NCBI GenBank assembly: GCA_046292385.1
Contig: JBKBRF010000014.1
Location: forward strand, 56,234-120,233
Source of the DNA: Armatimonadota bacterium
Lineage (GTDB): Bacteria; Armatimonadota; SYMT01
DNA length: 64,000 nt
Direction of reading: 5' to 3'
Positions 29,526 through 39,310 of the stretch are shown piece after piece (the first letter of the stretch is position 1; each line of letters starts with the position of its first letter). The translations under genes and the position numbers were made by a program. The notes under the pieces are model-generated. The model worked only from the letters and a program-made list of their open reading frames with translations. It was not told where the DNA came from and did not search any database.

Positions 29526-30098
29526 TCAGCGCGGCTCCGGCAAGGTAAAGAGCGCGCCTACCCGGCAGCGGAGGTCCGGGATCAGCTCCGGCGCGGTCAG
29601 CTCGTCTTCGTCGCCGAGCCGCTCCACCGTCCCGTCCGCGCGATAGACGTGAACTGCCCTCAGCTCGGGGTTTACCCGCCAGACCAGCGGAACGCCGGCG
29701 CGGAGGTACTCCTCGACCTTGAGGTCGATCTCGTACGCCGTGTCGTTGGGGGAGAGCACCTCTACCGCCAGATCGGGGGCGATCCTGACGTGCCCCCGCG
29801 GGATGCGCTCCTCCGGAAGGCGCCCGCGGCGGATAAAGGAGACGTCCGGCCTCCGCACCTTCCGCGGATGGTTCCGGAAGCACTGGTAGCTCGCTCCCGA
29901 CTCGAGCGCCCAGCCAAGCCCCTGATCCTGTCCCAGCGTTGCCAGAAGCTGCAGGATCCGTGCGGCAACCCAGCTCGCGAAGCTCCCCGTGCCCTTCTTC
30001 ACCAACCGCCCCTTCACGAGCTTGAATCCCTTTCCGCCGCCTGCCAGCTTCAGCAAGGATTCCGGCGTGTGGGTTGGCTCCGGCACGGCTGCGCTCAT
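29526..30098 (-). CDS. Uma2 (DUF820) family PD-(D/E)xK endonuclease-like protein
   Basis: VRRPDVSFI, APDLAVEVLSPND and KVEEYLRAGVPLVW. Confidence 0.92.
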   Translation of the reverse strand: MSAAVPEPTHTPESLLKLAGGGKGFKLVKGRLVKKGTGSFASWVAARILQLLATLGQDQGLGWALESGASYQCFRNHPRKVRRPDVSFIRRGRLPEERIPRGHVRIAPDLAVEVLSPNDTAYEIDLKVEEYLRAGVPLVWRVNPELRAVHVYRADGTVERLGDEDELTAPELIPDLRCRVGALFTLPEPR

Positions 30099-30188
30099 GG
30101 CACTTCTCCCAAAGCAGCGGACGGCATGGTCCTATCTCACAATACGGGAACACCCGTTCCCGGCTCGGTGGCGGAGAACTGGGGCGGC

Positions 30189-31439
30189 TTAGAACCGGTC
30201 CAGCTCGGAGATGAACGGCTCGCCGGCGGGGAAGAGCTGGTCCGCAAGCTCCAGCGCGCCCTCGCCGGAGACGCGCGCCAGCTCCTGGGAGACGGCCTCC
30301 GAAGGGGAGAGGTAGCCGCAGGCGAGCTGGGAGAAGACCTGGATGCTGCTCTCCAGGTACGGCTCGGCGGGGGCGTCGGGGCGGAGGTGGACGCGTGCGC
30401 CGTCGTGGGAGACGGTGACCGGCTCGGAGTTCTCCGGCAGCGCGTCATCGGAGATTCGAAAGCAGAGCGCGCCCGGCATCGCTCCGGCGGTCTCCGCGGC
30501 GAGCCGCAGCATGCCGGGGAGATCGACTACCCGGAACTGGAACATCGGCCGGGTGGTGACGATGCTCCGCGGCTTGAAGCCCTCCCGCAGGGGGGCCGTG
30601 GAGTGCAGGAGGCCGCTGGCGCAAAGCGAGACCGAGTCGGCGTGCCACTCGATCGACTCGCCGCCGAACTCGGAGAGGGAGCCGATCAGCGCGCGCCAGG
30701 CCCTCGGAGAGGCGGCGTCCATCTCCAGCACTCGCAGCACGCGACCGCCGTAGTTGTCGCGCGCTTCGGTGGAGATCAGGTAGCCATCGATCCGATTCTC
30801 GCCGACGCAGCGCGTGGTGAGGACGGGATCGCCGCAGACCCGTTGCCAGCGCGGCTCCGGCCGGGCGAGGGCGCAGGTGGCGCGCTCCAGCCGCTCCGTA
30901 TAGAACCGCGTGAGCCGCGGGACGTCCTCCGGCTGGGCCAACCGAACCGTCCGGCGCTCGGAGAACGCCGGCAGGCAGTTGGGGCGGCTCCAGAAGTGGC
31001 AGTGATTGCCGCCCAGCTCGTAGCCGAACTTACGGTAGTAGCGGAACGAGAACGGGAAGAGGACGGAAGCGGGCACCCCCTGCGCGCGCAGGTGACGGAG
31101 GCTGTCCCGGATCAGCGCGCTGGCGTAGCCCTGGTTCTGCTGCTCCGGATCGGTCGCCACGTGCCGGATGCCGCCCAACGGCACCGCCGCCCCCCGGATT
31201 CGGAGCTCCGCCCGCAGCAGGGTGAGGCAGGAGACCACGCGGTCCCCGAGGGCGACCACCCGGAGCTCGTCGGAGCTGCCGGGATGGGCCGGCGGGGCCT
31301 CGCCTTCCAGGTTGAAGGCTGCGCGCTGAAGCCGCCAGGCCGCCGCCCGCTCCTGGGAGTCGGCGCCGCGAACCTCCGGCAGGCGGTGCCGGACGGGCTG
31401 GGGAGGAAGCTGTAGATGGGGTGCCGCTGTACTTGCCAC
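30189..31439 (-). CDS. GNAT acetyltransferase, Eis-like, with C-terminal SCP2-like domain
   Basis: GGIRHVATDPEQQNQGYA, LFPFSFRYYRKFGYE and C-terminal ...ELDRF; GTG start after GGAGA. Confidence 0.88.
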   Translation of the reverse strand: MASTAAPHLQLPPQPVRHRLPEVRGADSQERAAAWRLQRAAFNLEGEAPPAHPGSSDELRVVALGDRVVSCLTLLRAELRIRGAAVPLGGIRHVATDPEQQNQGYASALIRDSLRHLRAQGVPASVLFPFSFRYYRKFGYELGGNHCHFWSRPNCLPAFSERRTVRLAQPEDVPRLTRFYTERLERATCALARPEPRWQRVCGDPVLTTRCVGENRIDGYLISTEARDNYGGRVLRVLEMDAASPRAWRALIGSLSEFGGESIEWHADSVSLCASGLLHSTAPLREGFKPRSIVTTRPMFQFRVVDLPGMLRLAAETAGAMPGALCFRISDDALPENSEPVTVSHDGARVHLRPDAPAEPYLESSIQVFSQLACGYLSPSEAVSQELARVSGEGALELADQLFPAGEPFISELDRF

Positions 31440-31781
31440 GACATTCTCCGGGCAGCCGACGTCCGTAATGATACCCCCGCAATCCGCCCGACTGCCAGAT
31501 TCGGGATCGAGCGCCGAATCGAGCCGCGGGTCCCCGGCGCCGCGTCGCGCGCTCGTCCATAGGCGCTGCCGATACCCGGTATGAGAACTTCGATGAAACA
31601 GCTCTGCGGGTGTGTACGTCTGAGGAGCCGGAGCGATTCTCCGTGACAGGCGGGCCTCCAGCCAAAATCGCTGACAGCCTGCCACCCTGGCCCGTAATCT
31701 ATATTCGGGAGTGCGGACATGTCCGCACCCGCGGTTTCTCACCCCGGCCCAGGCCGAACCCCGGAAGGAGGTGATACGCAG

Positions 31782-32318
31782 ATGAAGAAGCTAGCCCTCA
31801 TCCTCGCAGCGCTCGGGATGGCCGTCTCCGCCTTTGCGGCGAACGTCGAGTCCGGACTGAAGCCCGGCGAGCGATTGTCGCCATTTGACGTGGTGGACAT
31901 CTCCGGCCCCGACAAGGGAAAGCAGCTCTGCATCGTTTGAAAGAACGGTGGATCGCCGAACGTCGTTGCCTTTGTCAAGGACGAACCGGCGAAGGCTGCC
32001 AGTTTGGCAGCCCAGATCGAAAAGCTTGTTGAGACGCACAAGGGAGACAACCTCCGCGGCTGGGTGGTGTACATGGGCGGTGCGGAGTCGAAGCCCGCGC
32101 TCGAGAAGGCAGTCGCCGACAAGAACGTGAAGCTCGCCGTCACCTTCCTGCCCGAGGGACCGAAGCAGGCCAGCCTGGCCCGCTACAAGGTCAACCCGGA
32201 AGCGAAGAACACCGTGCTGCTCTACAATCGCCAGCAGGTGCAGGGGAACTTCGTGAACGTCGACGAGAAGTCGTTCGACCAGGTCGCGAAGAAGGCGGCT
32301 GAGATGCTCGGCAAGTAA
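31782..32318 (+). CDS. Exported thioredoxin-like protein; probable selenoprotein (CxxU, TGA at 31938-31940)
   Basis: Strong RBS AAGGAGGTGA; signal peptide; SGLKPGERLSPFDV redoxin-like start; GKQL-C-I-V-U-KNGG continues in frame into the ORF-track piece 32004..32318. Confidence 0.82.
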
Positions 32319-32354
32319 GCCCGGCGTCGCAGCGCGGTATCCCGCCAGACGTGG

Positions 32355-32378
32355 CGGCCCACCCACTCGGGTGGGCCG
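32355..32378. terminator. GC-rich hairpin downstream of the CxxU gene
   Basis: cggcccaccc-actc-gggtgggccg; U-tail is weak. Confidence 0.4.
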
Positions 32379-32434
32379 TCGTGTTGTACCGTCCCGGGAG
32401 GTGCCCGGCGGCGGGAAGCCGAAACTGGTGGCGC

Positions 32435-33424
32435 ATGAGCGCCGCAACCCCTTCCGTGGACAAACCCGGCTTGAAGCTCCGATTCCGCCGCGAGCACGGC
32501 CTGCTGCTGCTGTTCCTGGTAGTCTTCCTCGGCCTGGCACTCAGCGTGCCCCAGTTCGCCGGGCGGGACAACCTCCTGCTGGTGCTGCGCTTCCACGCGC
32601 CGATGGCCGTGCTGGCGACCGGCATGACGCTGGTGATCCTGACCGGCGGCATCGACCTCTCGATCGGCTCGATCGTGGCGCTCTCCGCGGTAGTGCTCGG
32701 CCTCGTCTGGAAAGGCACCGGCTCCGGTCCGCTCGCGCTCGCCGCCGCCGCCGGTACCGGCGCGCTCTGCGGCTTCATCAACGGCGCGCTCGTCTCCTGG
32801 GGCCGCGTGCCACCGCTCATCGTGACGCTCGCCACGCTCTCCGTCTTCCGCGGCGCGGCGTACGCCGTCGGCGGCAGCGACACCTTCAACGGCTTCCCCG
32901 CGTGGATGCTCTCGAAGAACTGGTACCAGTTCCTCTCGCTGCCTCCCGATCTCTGGCTGATCGCGCTGCTCTTCCTCGGCACCGGCCTCTACCTGGCGAA
33001 GACGAGCGGCGGTCGCGCCATCTACGCCGTGGGGCACAACGAGCAGGCCGCGCGCCTCTCCGGAGTCCCCGTCCGGCTCCTCAAGCTGCGCCTCTACACC
33101 GTGATGGGCCTCCTGGCCGGCCTCGCCGCGATTCTCTACGCCGGTTACTTCGAGAGCGTGCGCGCCAACGTCGGCGGCGGCTACGAGCTGATCGCGATCA
33201 CCATGGTGGTGCTCGGCGGCACCAGCGTCTCCGGCGGCGAGGGGAGCATGGCCGGCACCGCCCTCGGCTTCCTCACCCTGATCCTGATCCAGAACGGCAT
33301 GGAACTGGGCGGCCACCGCTGGAATCTCCCCACCGAGGCGCACGGAGTCGTCGTGGCGATCCTCCTCATTTCCGCTCTCCTGCTCGACGCCGGCTTCCGC
33401 CGGCGGGCACTCTCCAGGGTGTAG
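32435..33424 (+). CDS. Sugar ABC transporter permease (RbsC/LsrC-like)
   Basis: GGIDLSIGS, GRAIYAVGHNEQAARLSGV and YELIAITMVVLGGTS. Confidence 0.92.
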   Translation: MSAATPSVDKPGLKLRFRREHGLLLLFLVVFLGLALSVPQFAGRDNLLLVLRFHAPMAVLATGMTLVILTGGIDLSIGSIVALSAVVLGLVWKGTGSGPLALAAAAGTGALCGFINGALVSWGRVPPLIVTLATLSVFRGAAYAVGGSDTFNGFPAWMLSKNWYQFLSLPPDLWLIALLFLGTGLYLAKTSGGRAIYAVGHNEQAARLSGVPVRLLKLRLYTVMGLLAGLAAILYAGYFESVRANVGGGYELIAITMVVLGGTSVSGGEGSMAGTALGFLTLILIQNGMELGGHRWNLPTEAHGVVVAILLISALLLDAGFRRRALSRV

Positions 33425-33638
33425 CGTGTAGGGGGTAGGGTGTAGGCCTGTGGGGACGGCGGTTGCCGTGCGGTAGGGGGCTCGCCAGGAGTTGACCTCT
33501 CACGGACCCAACCCGCAGAGCTCACTCCACCCGGTTCGGCTCCTCCTCCGGTGCCCAGCTAGAGCAGGAGCAACCGTGCTCGAATGGCGCACCTGCCTCC
33601 GGAAGATCTACACGCTACACCCTACACGCTACACCCTC
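33416..33638. repeat. Inverted pair of AG(G/C)GTGT / ACAC(C/G)CT heptamer arrays
   Basis: agggtgtagcgtgtagggggtagggtgtagg at 33416 and ctacacgctacaccctacacgctacaccct at about 33608; related arrays at 14131, 23808 and 55901. Confidence 0.7.
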
Positions 33639-33736
33639 GTATACTTCACACGGTCCGGCGCGCCCCTGGTTCCCCGCTCGTGGGGAGACGACTGCCACGC
33701 GGCCGGAAACCATGCTGCCGCCTCGCCCCGGCGGCT

Positions 33737-33745
33737 TGCTACACT
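33737..33745 (+). promoter_or_regulatory. Possible extended -10 element for tpx
   Basis: TGcTACACT about 20 nt upstream of the tpx ATG. Confidence 0.35.
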
Positions 33746-33765
33746 CACGCTACGAGGAGCTTTCG

Positions 33766-34284
33766 ATGGTTGAACGACGCGAAGGCGAGGTTACCATGAA
33801 GGGTAACCCGATCACCCTGCTCGGCCCGCGGATCGAGGCGAATGAGGACGCGCCGGAGTTTACCGCGCTGAAGAACCTGGTCACCCCGGTCAAGCTCTCC
33901 GACTCCAACGGTAAGGTCCGCGTCCTCCTTTCCGTGCCGTCGCTCGATACCCCCGTCTGCTCCCTGGAGACGAAGCGCTTCAACCAGGAAGCCGAGGGCC
34001 TGGGCGGCGACGTGGAGATCCAGGTGGTGAGCATCGACACGCCGTTCGCGCAGAGCCGCTGGTGCGGCGCCGAAGGCGTGAGCAACGTGGTGACCCTCTC
34101 CGACTTCCGCGACCGCGACTTCGGCAAGAAGTACGGCGTGGAGATCGAGGGTCTCGGCATCTACGCCCGCGCGGCGTTCGTGGTCGACCGCCAGGGCGTG
34201 GTCGTCTACAGCGAGTACGTGCCGGAAGTAGCCCAGGAGCCGAACTACAGCGCCATCCTGGACGCCGCCAAGGCCGCTATCTAA
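33766..34284 (+). CDS. tpx: Thiol peroxidase (atypical 2-Cys peroxiredoxin)
   Basis: RBS GAGGAG; VPSLDTPVC, DTPFAQSRWC and EPNY. Confidence 0.96.
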   Translation: MVERREGEVTMKGNPITLLGPRIEANEDAPEFTALKNLVTPVKLSDSNGKVRVLLSVPSLDTPVCSLETKRFNQEAEGLGGDVEIQVVSIDTPFAQSRWCGAEGVSNVVTLSDFRDRDFGKKYGVEIEGLGIYARAAFVVDRQGVVVYSEYVPEVAQEPNYSAILDAAKAAI

Positions 34285-34297
34285 GCGCTTCCGTTCT

Positions 34298-34333
34298 GGA
34301 CGCGAAGACGCGAAGTTCTGAAAGCACGCGAAG
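34298..34333 (+). repeat. Left 36-bp inverted repeat flanking the three-gene cassette
   Basis: GGACGCGAAGACGCGAAGTTCTGAAAGCACGCGAAG; 31/36 match to the reverse complement of 39249-39284. Confidence 0.75.
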
Positions 34334-34400
34334 AGGGCCGTGACTCGCCGTGAGTTACGGCCCTTTGCGTGTACAGAGAGGAGGAGGCGGCCTCCCAGCC

Positions 34401-36464
34401 TCACTCCGGAGGCTCCTCCGAAGCGACCAGGAAGAAGTGGGCGATCGGCTCCGCGCCGGGGATTTGCAGCACCACTTCCACTCGCTGGCCCTTCACTCGG
34501 GTCAGGTCCCGCTCCGTCGCTTTCGGATTATGTACGCGAGCAGATTCTAGCGCCTCCTCGGTATTCTCCGCGTGGAACCACTCATTCCCGGCGTAGAGCC
34601 ACGCGGCGGGGACACGTCGCAGGTGCAGCGTTCCGCTCATCAGCGCCGCTTCCAGCCGGTCCTCTTCCTCGAAGCCGCGTCCGAGCACGAACGCCCGTTC
34701 GCCAGCGCCTGGCCGGGCCTCCGTGCCGTCGAAGAGCGCAACCGTATCCGCGCAGACGCGGAGTGCGTACCGCCTGGACACCGCGGAGAGAGCTGTGATG
34801 GGGACCGGTCGTCCGGTACTCAGCGTGCGCAGGAGCGGCGGCGGCAGCGAGTGCAGCAGGCGCAGCATCGGCCGGCTCTGCTCCAGATCCGCTTCCAGCA
34901 GCGAGGACAGACCTCCGAAACCGCGGCTCTCCCACCGCTGCACCAGGACGTCCGCCTGGCCTGGCGTGAGACTCCCGCCGATTTCCAGTAGATCGGGGAG
35001 CGCTAGAGCCTGACTCTGACGGATCCTGCGTTCCCAAGCCTCCACCCGACGGGCGGGCGGCTCCACCGCTCTAGAAGCAGCCCACGCTACATGCCGGAAC
35101 GACAGGTAACCGCGCTCCAACCGGCAGTGCCGGCTGAAGCTGCGGCACACCCGCTCCAGCACCCTGGCCGCCGGCTCTTGCACCGTGACCATCGGACTAT
35201 GGATCGCGTCGCTCCCGTAGCCATCCGCCACGATCGGGTAAGGGAGATGCGCCGACAACCGCTCCAACACGTCGGCTAGTAGGTTCGGGTGCTCCGGCTT
35301 CACCTTCTCGGGTTTCGGAAGGCTGATCGGGAGCTGTAACTTTCGCACCTGCTCATCCAGCTGCGGCTCCGAGATTGAGTAATGGAATGAGCCGGGGTGA
35401 ACCTCTTCCTGAAAGGTCGTCTCCACGCGAGTATGGCTTCGGTCGTCGCCGTAGCTACCCAGGGTGCGAACACGGACACGCAGCCGCGCATCCGGGCCAA
35501 CGTCCTCGAGCGAGAGCTCCGCTCGCACGCGTTGCGCGGAGTGGAACGGGATGGGGACATCACGCCCGGTCTCCTCGTCGATGCGATGCGCCAGGCTCCC
35601 CAGCCCTCCGGCCACGATGCTGGCTGCCATCTGCGCTGAGATCGGCACCCGATCTCGTTCGCGAGGGAAGGAAAATCGAATCGACTCCCCCTGCCACAGT
35701 GCGGCCTGACCCTCTGCCGGAAGCGTTGAGTAGAGTCGGCCCGCGGCATCCAGGCCGTTGAACCCTCGAAAGCGCTCCGGGTCCAGGATCAGAAGCCGGC
35801 GCTGCTCCCTCAGCAGCGCCCCTCGCTCAGCGCGAGACGGCGGCGGCCCGAGGGGCACTCGCCGGATCGACGTGCCGTCCTCCTCTCGCTCCACGACGAT
35901 ACGGCCGTGCAGTCGCTCGTCGATCTCACCCAGCCGCCGGCGCCACTCTTCCGGACCCCGGCGCGCGAGGGCCGCAACCTCCGGGCTGCCGGCGAGCCGC
36001 CGCCACTCCTCCAGCAACTCCCGCAGGGCGGCCACTTCACCTTCGGGGCAGCCGCGCAGGGCCAGCTCCCGCCGGCGGGCCGCCAGGCTCTGGATCAGCA
36101 CCAGCTCCGGCTTGCCGGCCCGCGTACGCTGCACCCACTGGTAGTCCAGGTGGTCTGCCACGACCGCGAGGATTTCGTGGGCCGGGCGGCTCCGTGCGAA
36201 GAGGGTGATCCGCTCGTCCGCCACCTCGGAGCCTGCCGCGACGGGCGCGCCCGTGAGGCGGGCGATCCTGGCGAGGAAGCCGGCCAGCGGCTCTTCCCGG
36301 GCGGTGACCGTCACCTCCGCCTTCAGTCTCGGATCGCTCTCCAGCGGCCCGCTCGACTCGGCCGACACCCGGATCGACGCGGAAGTCCCGGCGAGACAGC
36401 TTACACCCGCCAGGTGCAGCGCTGCCCGGCGGGTGAGCCAAAGGCAGTGTAATGGCGGTCGCAT
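34401..36464 (-). CDS. Hypothetical exported protein with secretin/TonB N-terminal (STN)-like domains
   Basis: TRRAAL Tat-like signal, DPRLKAEVTVTAREEPLAGFLARIARLTG and a second LADVLERLS...PIVAD segment; start approximate. Confidence 0.65.
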   Translation of the reverse strand: MRPPLHCLWLTRRAALHLAGVSCLAGTSASIRVSAESSGPLESDPRLKAEVTVTAREEPLAGFLARIARLTGAPVAAGSEVADERITLFARSRPAHEILAVVADHLDYQWVQRTRAGKPELVLIQSLAARRRELALRGCPEGEVAALRELLEEWRRLAGSPEVAALARRGPEEWRRRLGEIDERLHGRIVVEREEDGTSIRRVPLGPPPSRAERGALLREQRRLLILDPERFRGFNGLDAAGRLYSTLPAEGQAALWQGESIRFSFPRERDRVPISAQMAASIVAGGLGSLAHRIDEETGRDVPIPFHSAQRVRAELSLEDVGPDARLRVRVRTLGSYGDDRSHTRVETTFQEEVHPGSFHYSISEPQLDEQVRKLQLPISLPKPEKVKPEHPNLLADVLERLSAHLPYPIVADGYGSDAIHSPMVTVQEPAARVLERVCRSFSRHCRLERGYLSFRHVAWAASRAVEPPARRVEAWERRIRQSQALALPDLLEIGGSLTPGQADVLVQRWESRGFGGLSSLLEADLEQSRPMLRLLHSLPPPLLRTLSTGRPVPITALSAVSRRYALRVCADTVALFDGTEARPGAGERAFVLGRGFEEEDRLEAALMSGTLHLRRVPAAWLYAGNEWFHAENTEEALESARVHNPKATERDLTRVKGQRVEVVLQIPGAEPIAHFFLVASEEPPE

Positions 36465-36574
36465 AGCGCATCTGACGCCGGTGCGGCGGAGCAGTTTCGG
36501 AGGGAATGCGCTCCACCGTTGCGTGCCGGCCCGGCGAGGAAGGCAATGGAAGCTACCATCCCGAACGAGCAGGC

Positions 36575-37909
36575 ATGAGCCGCCCCCGCCGCTTCCGCTG
36601 GCTGCGCTTCGCCCCGTTGCTGCTCGTGCTGGTGGTCGGCATCGGCTGGGGCCGCAAGGCGCTGACCCCACCGCTCCACGTGGCCCGTTTCGCGGACGGG
36701 ACCACGGTGACGGTGCACGAGATCGACTGGGGTCCGGGGAACGAGTACGTCGATGGAACCGCGTGGGACCGGCTGATCGCTCCATTCATGTCGCCCTGGA
36801 AGCGACCGCAAGTCCGGAGTGTCCACGCCCCCGATCCCCAGACGCCGGTGATCTGGTTCTCGGACCAAGGACCCTCCGCCGGAGCGTGGGACGACATCTC
36901 GGTCTTCGACGAGCATGGGTGCGAGTCGCGGGCTACCGCGGCCTGGACCCGATTCGTCTCCGCTTCGTTCACTCCCTCCGGTAACCAGTTGAGGTTGGTC
37001 GGGCTCCACTCGCTCGCGCCTCCGGCGTATCCACGCCGGGGAAGGCTGTTGGGCGTACGGTTCTGGGACCGCAGCGACCGTATCCTCGGAGAGGTCCGGC
37101 TCGCCAACCCATCGCGAGGCACGCATCCCTCGTGGCAGGATGAGCCTCTGAAGCTGAGCGAAGCACTCGACGATCTCCACCGGATCCGGCTGGATCACTT
37201 CAAAACCGGCTTCCCTCTCGGAGGCGGGTGGACGCATCCGGTGCTCTACGGCAATACCAAGATTGGCCTCGAGATTACGCGCGGAGGCCGCCCAACCGTG
37301 GATTGGGTGCCGTACTACGCATCGATCCACGACGCCACTGGCAACACCTATCCCGGCCTGCGCCACCAGGGAATGGGAGGGCCGAGAGCACGAATACACC
37401 AGCTCAGTGATCTCGTCACGCTTTTCCCGGATGACGAGATCTACCGCGTGAAGGTCGCGTGTGGTCGCACGCGCACTGCCAGCTTCGCGCCGGACGAGTT
37501 GTGGACACTCCCCGATGTTCCGCCGGCAGACGCCGGCGGCGAATCGAAGCCGGTAGTGGTGGCACGTGACGGCCTGGAATTACAGGGCGAGGTGGTCCGC
37601 GAAGCCGAGACACGCTCACTGCAGCTTCAGGTGTCGATCAATCACGGAACGCCGGATCTCTACCTCACGGTCGTCCGTGCCGTCGACGAATCCGGCCGAG
37701 AAATCCAGCTTCCGTCGGAGGTTGCAAACGGATACTCCGGTCCGAGCATCCACTACTTTCCCACCAATTCGTCCACTCGCTATGACCTCCCCGTCCCCCG
37801 GTGGGGGAGGAAGGTCACCCTCACGGTAGCGGTGCAGCGCGCGAAGTGGGTGGAGTTCACCGCCACGCCCGCGCGTCCTGCCGAGGCGGACACGGGCGCT
37901 GTGAGATAA
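36575..37909 (+). CDS. Hypothetical membrane-anchored beta-rich protein (paralogue 1)
   Basis: Long ORF with an N-terminal TM segment; shares its N-terminus and the YPRR, DATGN, ELWTL and KWVEFTA motifs with the next gene. Confidence 0.75.
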   Translation: MSRPRRFRWLRFAPLLLVLVVGIGWGRKALTPPLHVARFADGTTVTVHEIDWGPGNEYVDGTAWDRLIAPFMSPWKRPQVRSVHAPDPQTPVIWFSDQGPSAGAWDDISVFDEHGCESRATAAWTRFVSASFTPSGNQLRLVGLHSLAPPAYPRRGRLLGVRFWDRSDRILGEVRLANPSRGTHPSWQDEPLKLSEALDDLHRIRLDHFKTGFPLGGGWTHPVLYGNTKIGLEITRGGRPTVDWVPYYASIHDATGNTYPGLRHQGMGGPRARIHQLSDLVTLFPDDEIYRVKVACGRTRTASFAPDELWTLPDVPPADAGGESKPVVVARDGLELQGEVVREAETRSLQLQVSINHGTPDLYLTVVRAVDESGREIQLPSEVANGYSGPSIHYFPTNSSTRYDLPVPRWGRKVTLTVAVQRAKWVEFTATPARPAEADTGAVR

Positions 37910-37958
37910 TACCTGCACATCGGAAGGTAAGCGCCAATACGATGCTGAACGGGCGGGT

Positions 37959-39233
37959 ATGTCCCGCCCCCGCCGCTTCCGCTGGCTGCGCTTCGTCCCG
38001 CTGCTCGCCGTGCTGGTGCTGGGGATCGTCTGGGGCCGGAAGGCGCTCACCCCACCGCTGCACGTCGCCCGCTTCGCGGACGGCACCACGGTGACGGTCC
38101 ACCGGATCGACTGGGGGCCGAGCACCTACGTGGAGGGTGCCTGGTGGCAACAGCTACTCGTGCCAATTCTCCCGGCTCGGTGGGGGCCGCGGATTCACGA
38201 GAAGACCGACCTCCAGCAGACTACGCCCGTTCTCTGGCTATCGGAAACGGGACCCATTGCAAAGCAGTGGTTTGCCGCCACGGTGTTCGATGAGCTGGGC
38301 AACGAAACGCTCGTCGGCGTACAGCACTGGGCAGTGAGCGGGGGTGACGTCTACCCAATGCCACTCAATCCGTACCCGCGCCGTTCTCACACTCTGGGGA
38401 TTCGGTTCTGGCGGTGGGATGGCAAGCGTCTGGGGGAGCTCCGATTGAAGAATCCGCGGCTATCTCAAGACCCGCAGCAGATTCCGGAACGCCTTCCCGC
38501 GCGTCGTTCCCTGGCTGGCTCCCGAGTCAGCCTGGTTGGCTTTCGCACCGGACTTCCCAGTTCCTCGCACGACGCATTCGCGCGCGAAACCGAAATGCTG
38601 TTCGAGGTGTCAAGGGGCGGCGCCACTGACGAGACCTGGATCCCCGTCGGCGCATCGGTTACGGACGCAACCGGGAATCGATTCGACCTGCCTTCCAAGA
38701 TGGGTCGGGAACGGCGCGGCCCCCTGCACCGGCTCTACTTCGAGGGTAATCTGTTCCAGAGCGAGCAGGGCTACCACATTCAGGTCGCGTGGGCTCGCAG
38801 CGTTCGCGCCCGCTTCTCCGCGAGCGAGCTGTGGACCCTGCGCGACATTCCGATGCCGCGGTTCGGGGAGCGAACTCCCTTATCGAGGCAGACGAGGTTT
38901 GGGGCGGCCAGGCTCACGGCGGTGGAGCTAAGTCGAGAGTACCGGGACGGCCGCCCGGAGCTCCAAATACAGTCAAACTCGGGCGAGTTCAACCCGCACG
39001 TCTCGCTCGTGAGCGCGGTCGACGATCGGGGTAGGAAGCTGCAGGTGCGACCGGACTGGGAGGATGGGCTCTCATTCGGTCCGGACTTCACGCTTTACAG
39101 TCTGCCGTTTACGCGCGGCATCAACGCCAAGTCGGTGACGCTTACCCTGGCGTTGCAGTACCCGAAGTGGGTAGAGTTCACCGCTGCGCCGACCTGGCCG
39201 GCGAAGAAGGGGGCGTCCACCGCAGCGAAGTAG
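37959..39233 (+). CDS. Hypothetical membrane-anchored beta-rich protein (paralogue 2)
   Basis: First ~54 codons near-identical to 36575..36736; interior diverged. Confidence 0.75.
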   Translation: MSRPRRFRWLRFVPLLAVLVLGIVWGRKALTPPLHVARFADGTTVTVHRIDWGPSTYVEGAWWQQLLVPILPARWGPRIHEKTDLQQTTPVLWLSETGPIAKQWFAATVFDELGNETLVGVQHWAVSGGDVYPMPLNPYPRRSHTLGIRFWRWDGKRLGELRLKNPRLSQDPQQIPERLPARRSLAGSRVSLVGFRTGLPSSSHDAFARETEMLFEVSRGGATDETWIPVGASVTDATGNRFDLPSKMGRERRGPLHRLYFEGNLFQSEQGYHIQVAWARSVRARFSASELWTLRDIPMPRFGERTPLSRQTRFGAARLTAVELSREYRDGRPELQIQSNSGEFNPHVSLVSAVDDRGRKLQVRPDWEDGLSFGPDFTLYSLPFTRGINAKSVTLTLALQYPKWVEFTAAPTWPAKKGASTAAK

Positions 39234-39248
39234 CCTCTGGAGGTGACC

Positions 39249-39284
39249 CTTCGCGTCCTTCCAATACTTCGCGCCTTCGCGTCC
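39249..39284 (-). repeat. Right 36-bp inverted repeat flanking the three-gene cassette
   Basis: cttcgcgtccttccaatacttcgcgccttcgcgtcc, the inverse of 34298-34333. Confidence 0.75.
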
Positions 39285-39310
39285 GTTCGGAAGTCCTCCG
39301 CGCGAGAGCG

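Noticed and set aside
29526..30098. Uma2 nuclease as the restriction partner of the island methyltransferase
   Set aside because: It lies about 16 kb outside the island, and Uma2 genes are commonly scattered multi-copy genes.
20035..32318. Genome-wide UGA reassignment (genetic code 4 or 25)
   Set aside because: Many ordinary genes end correctly at TGA (for example ppc, PBP1A, DUF58), and in-frame TGA appears only at redox Cys positions.
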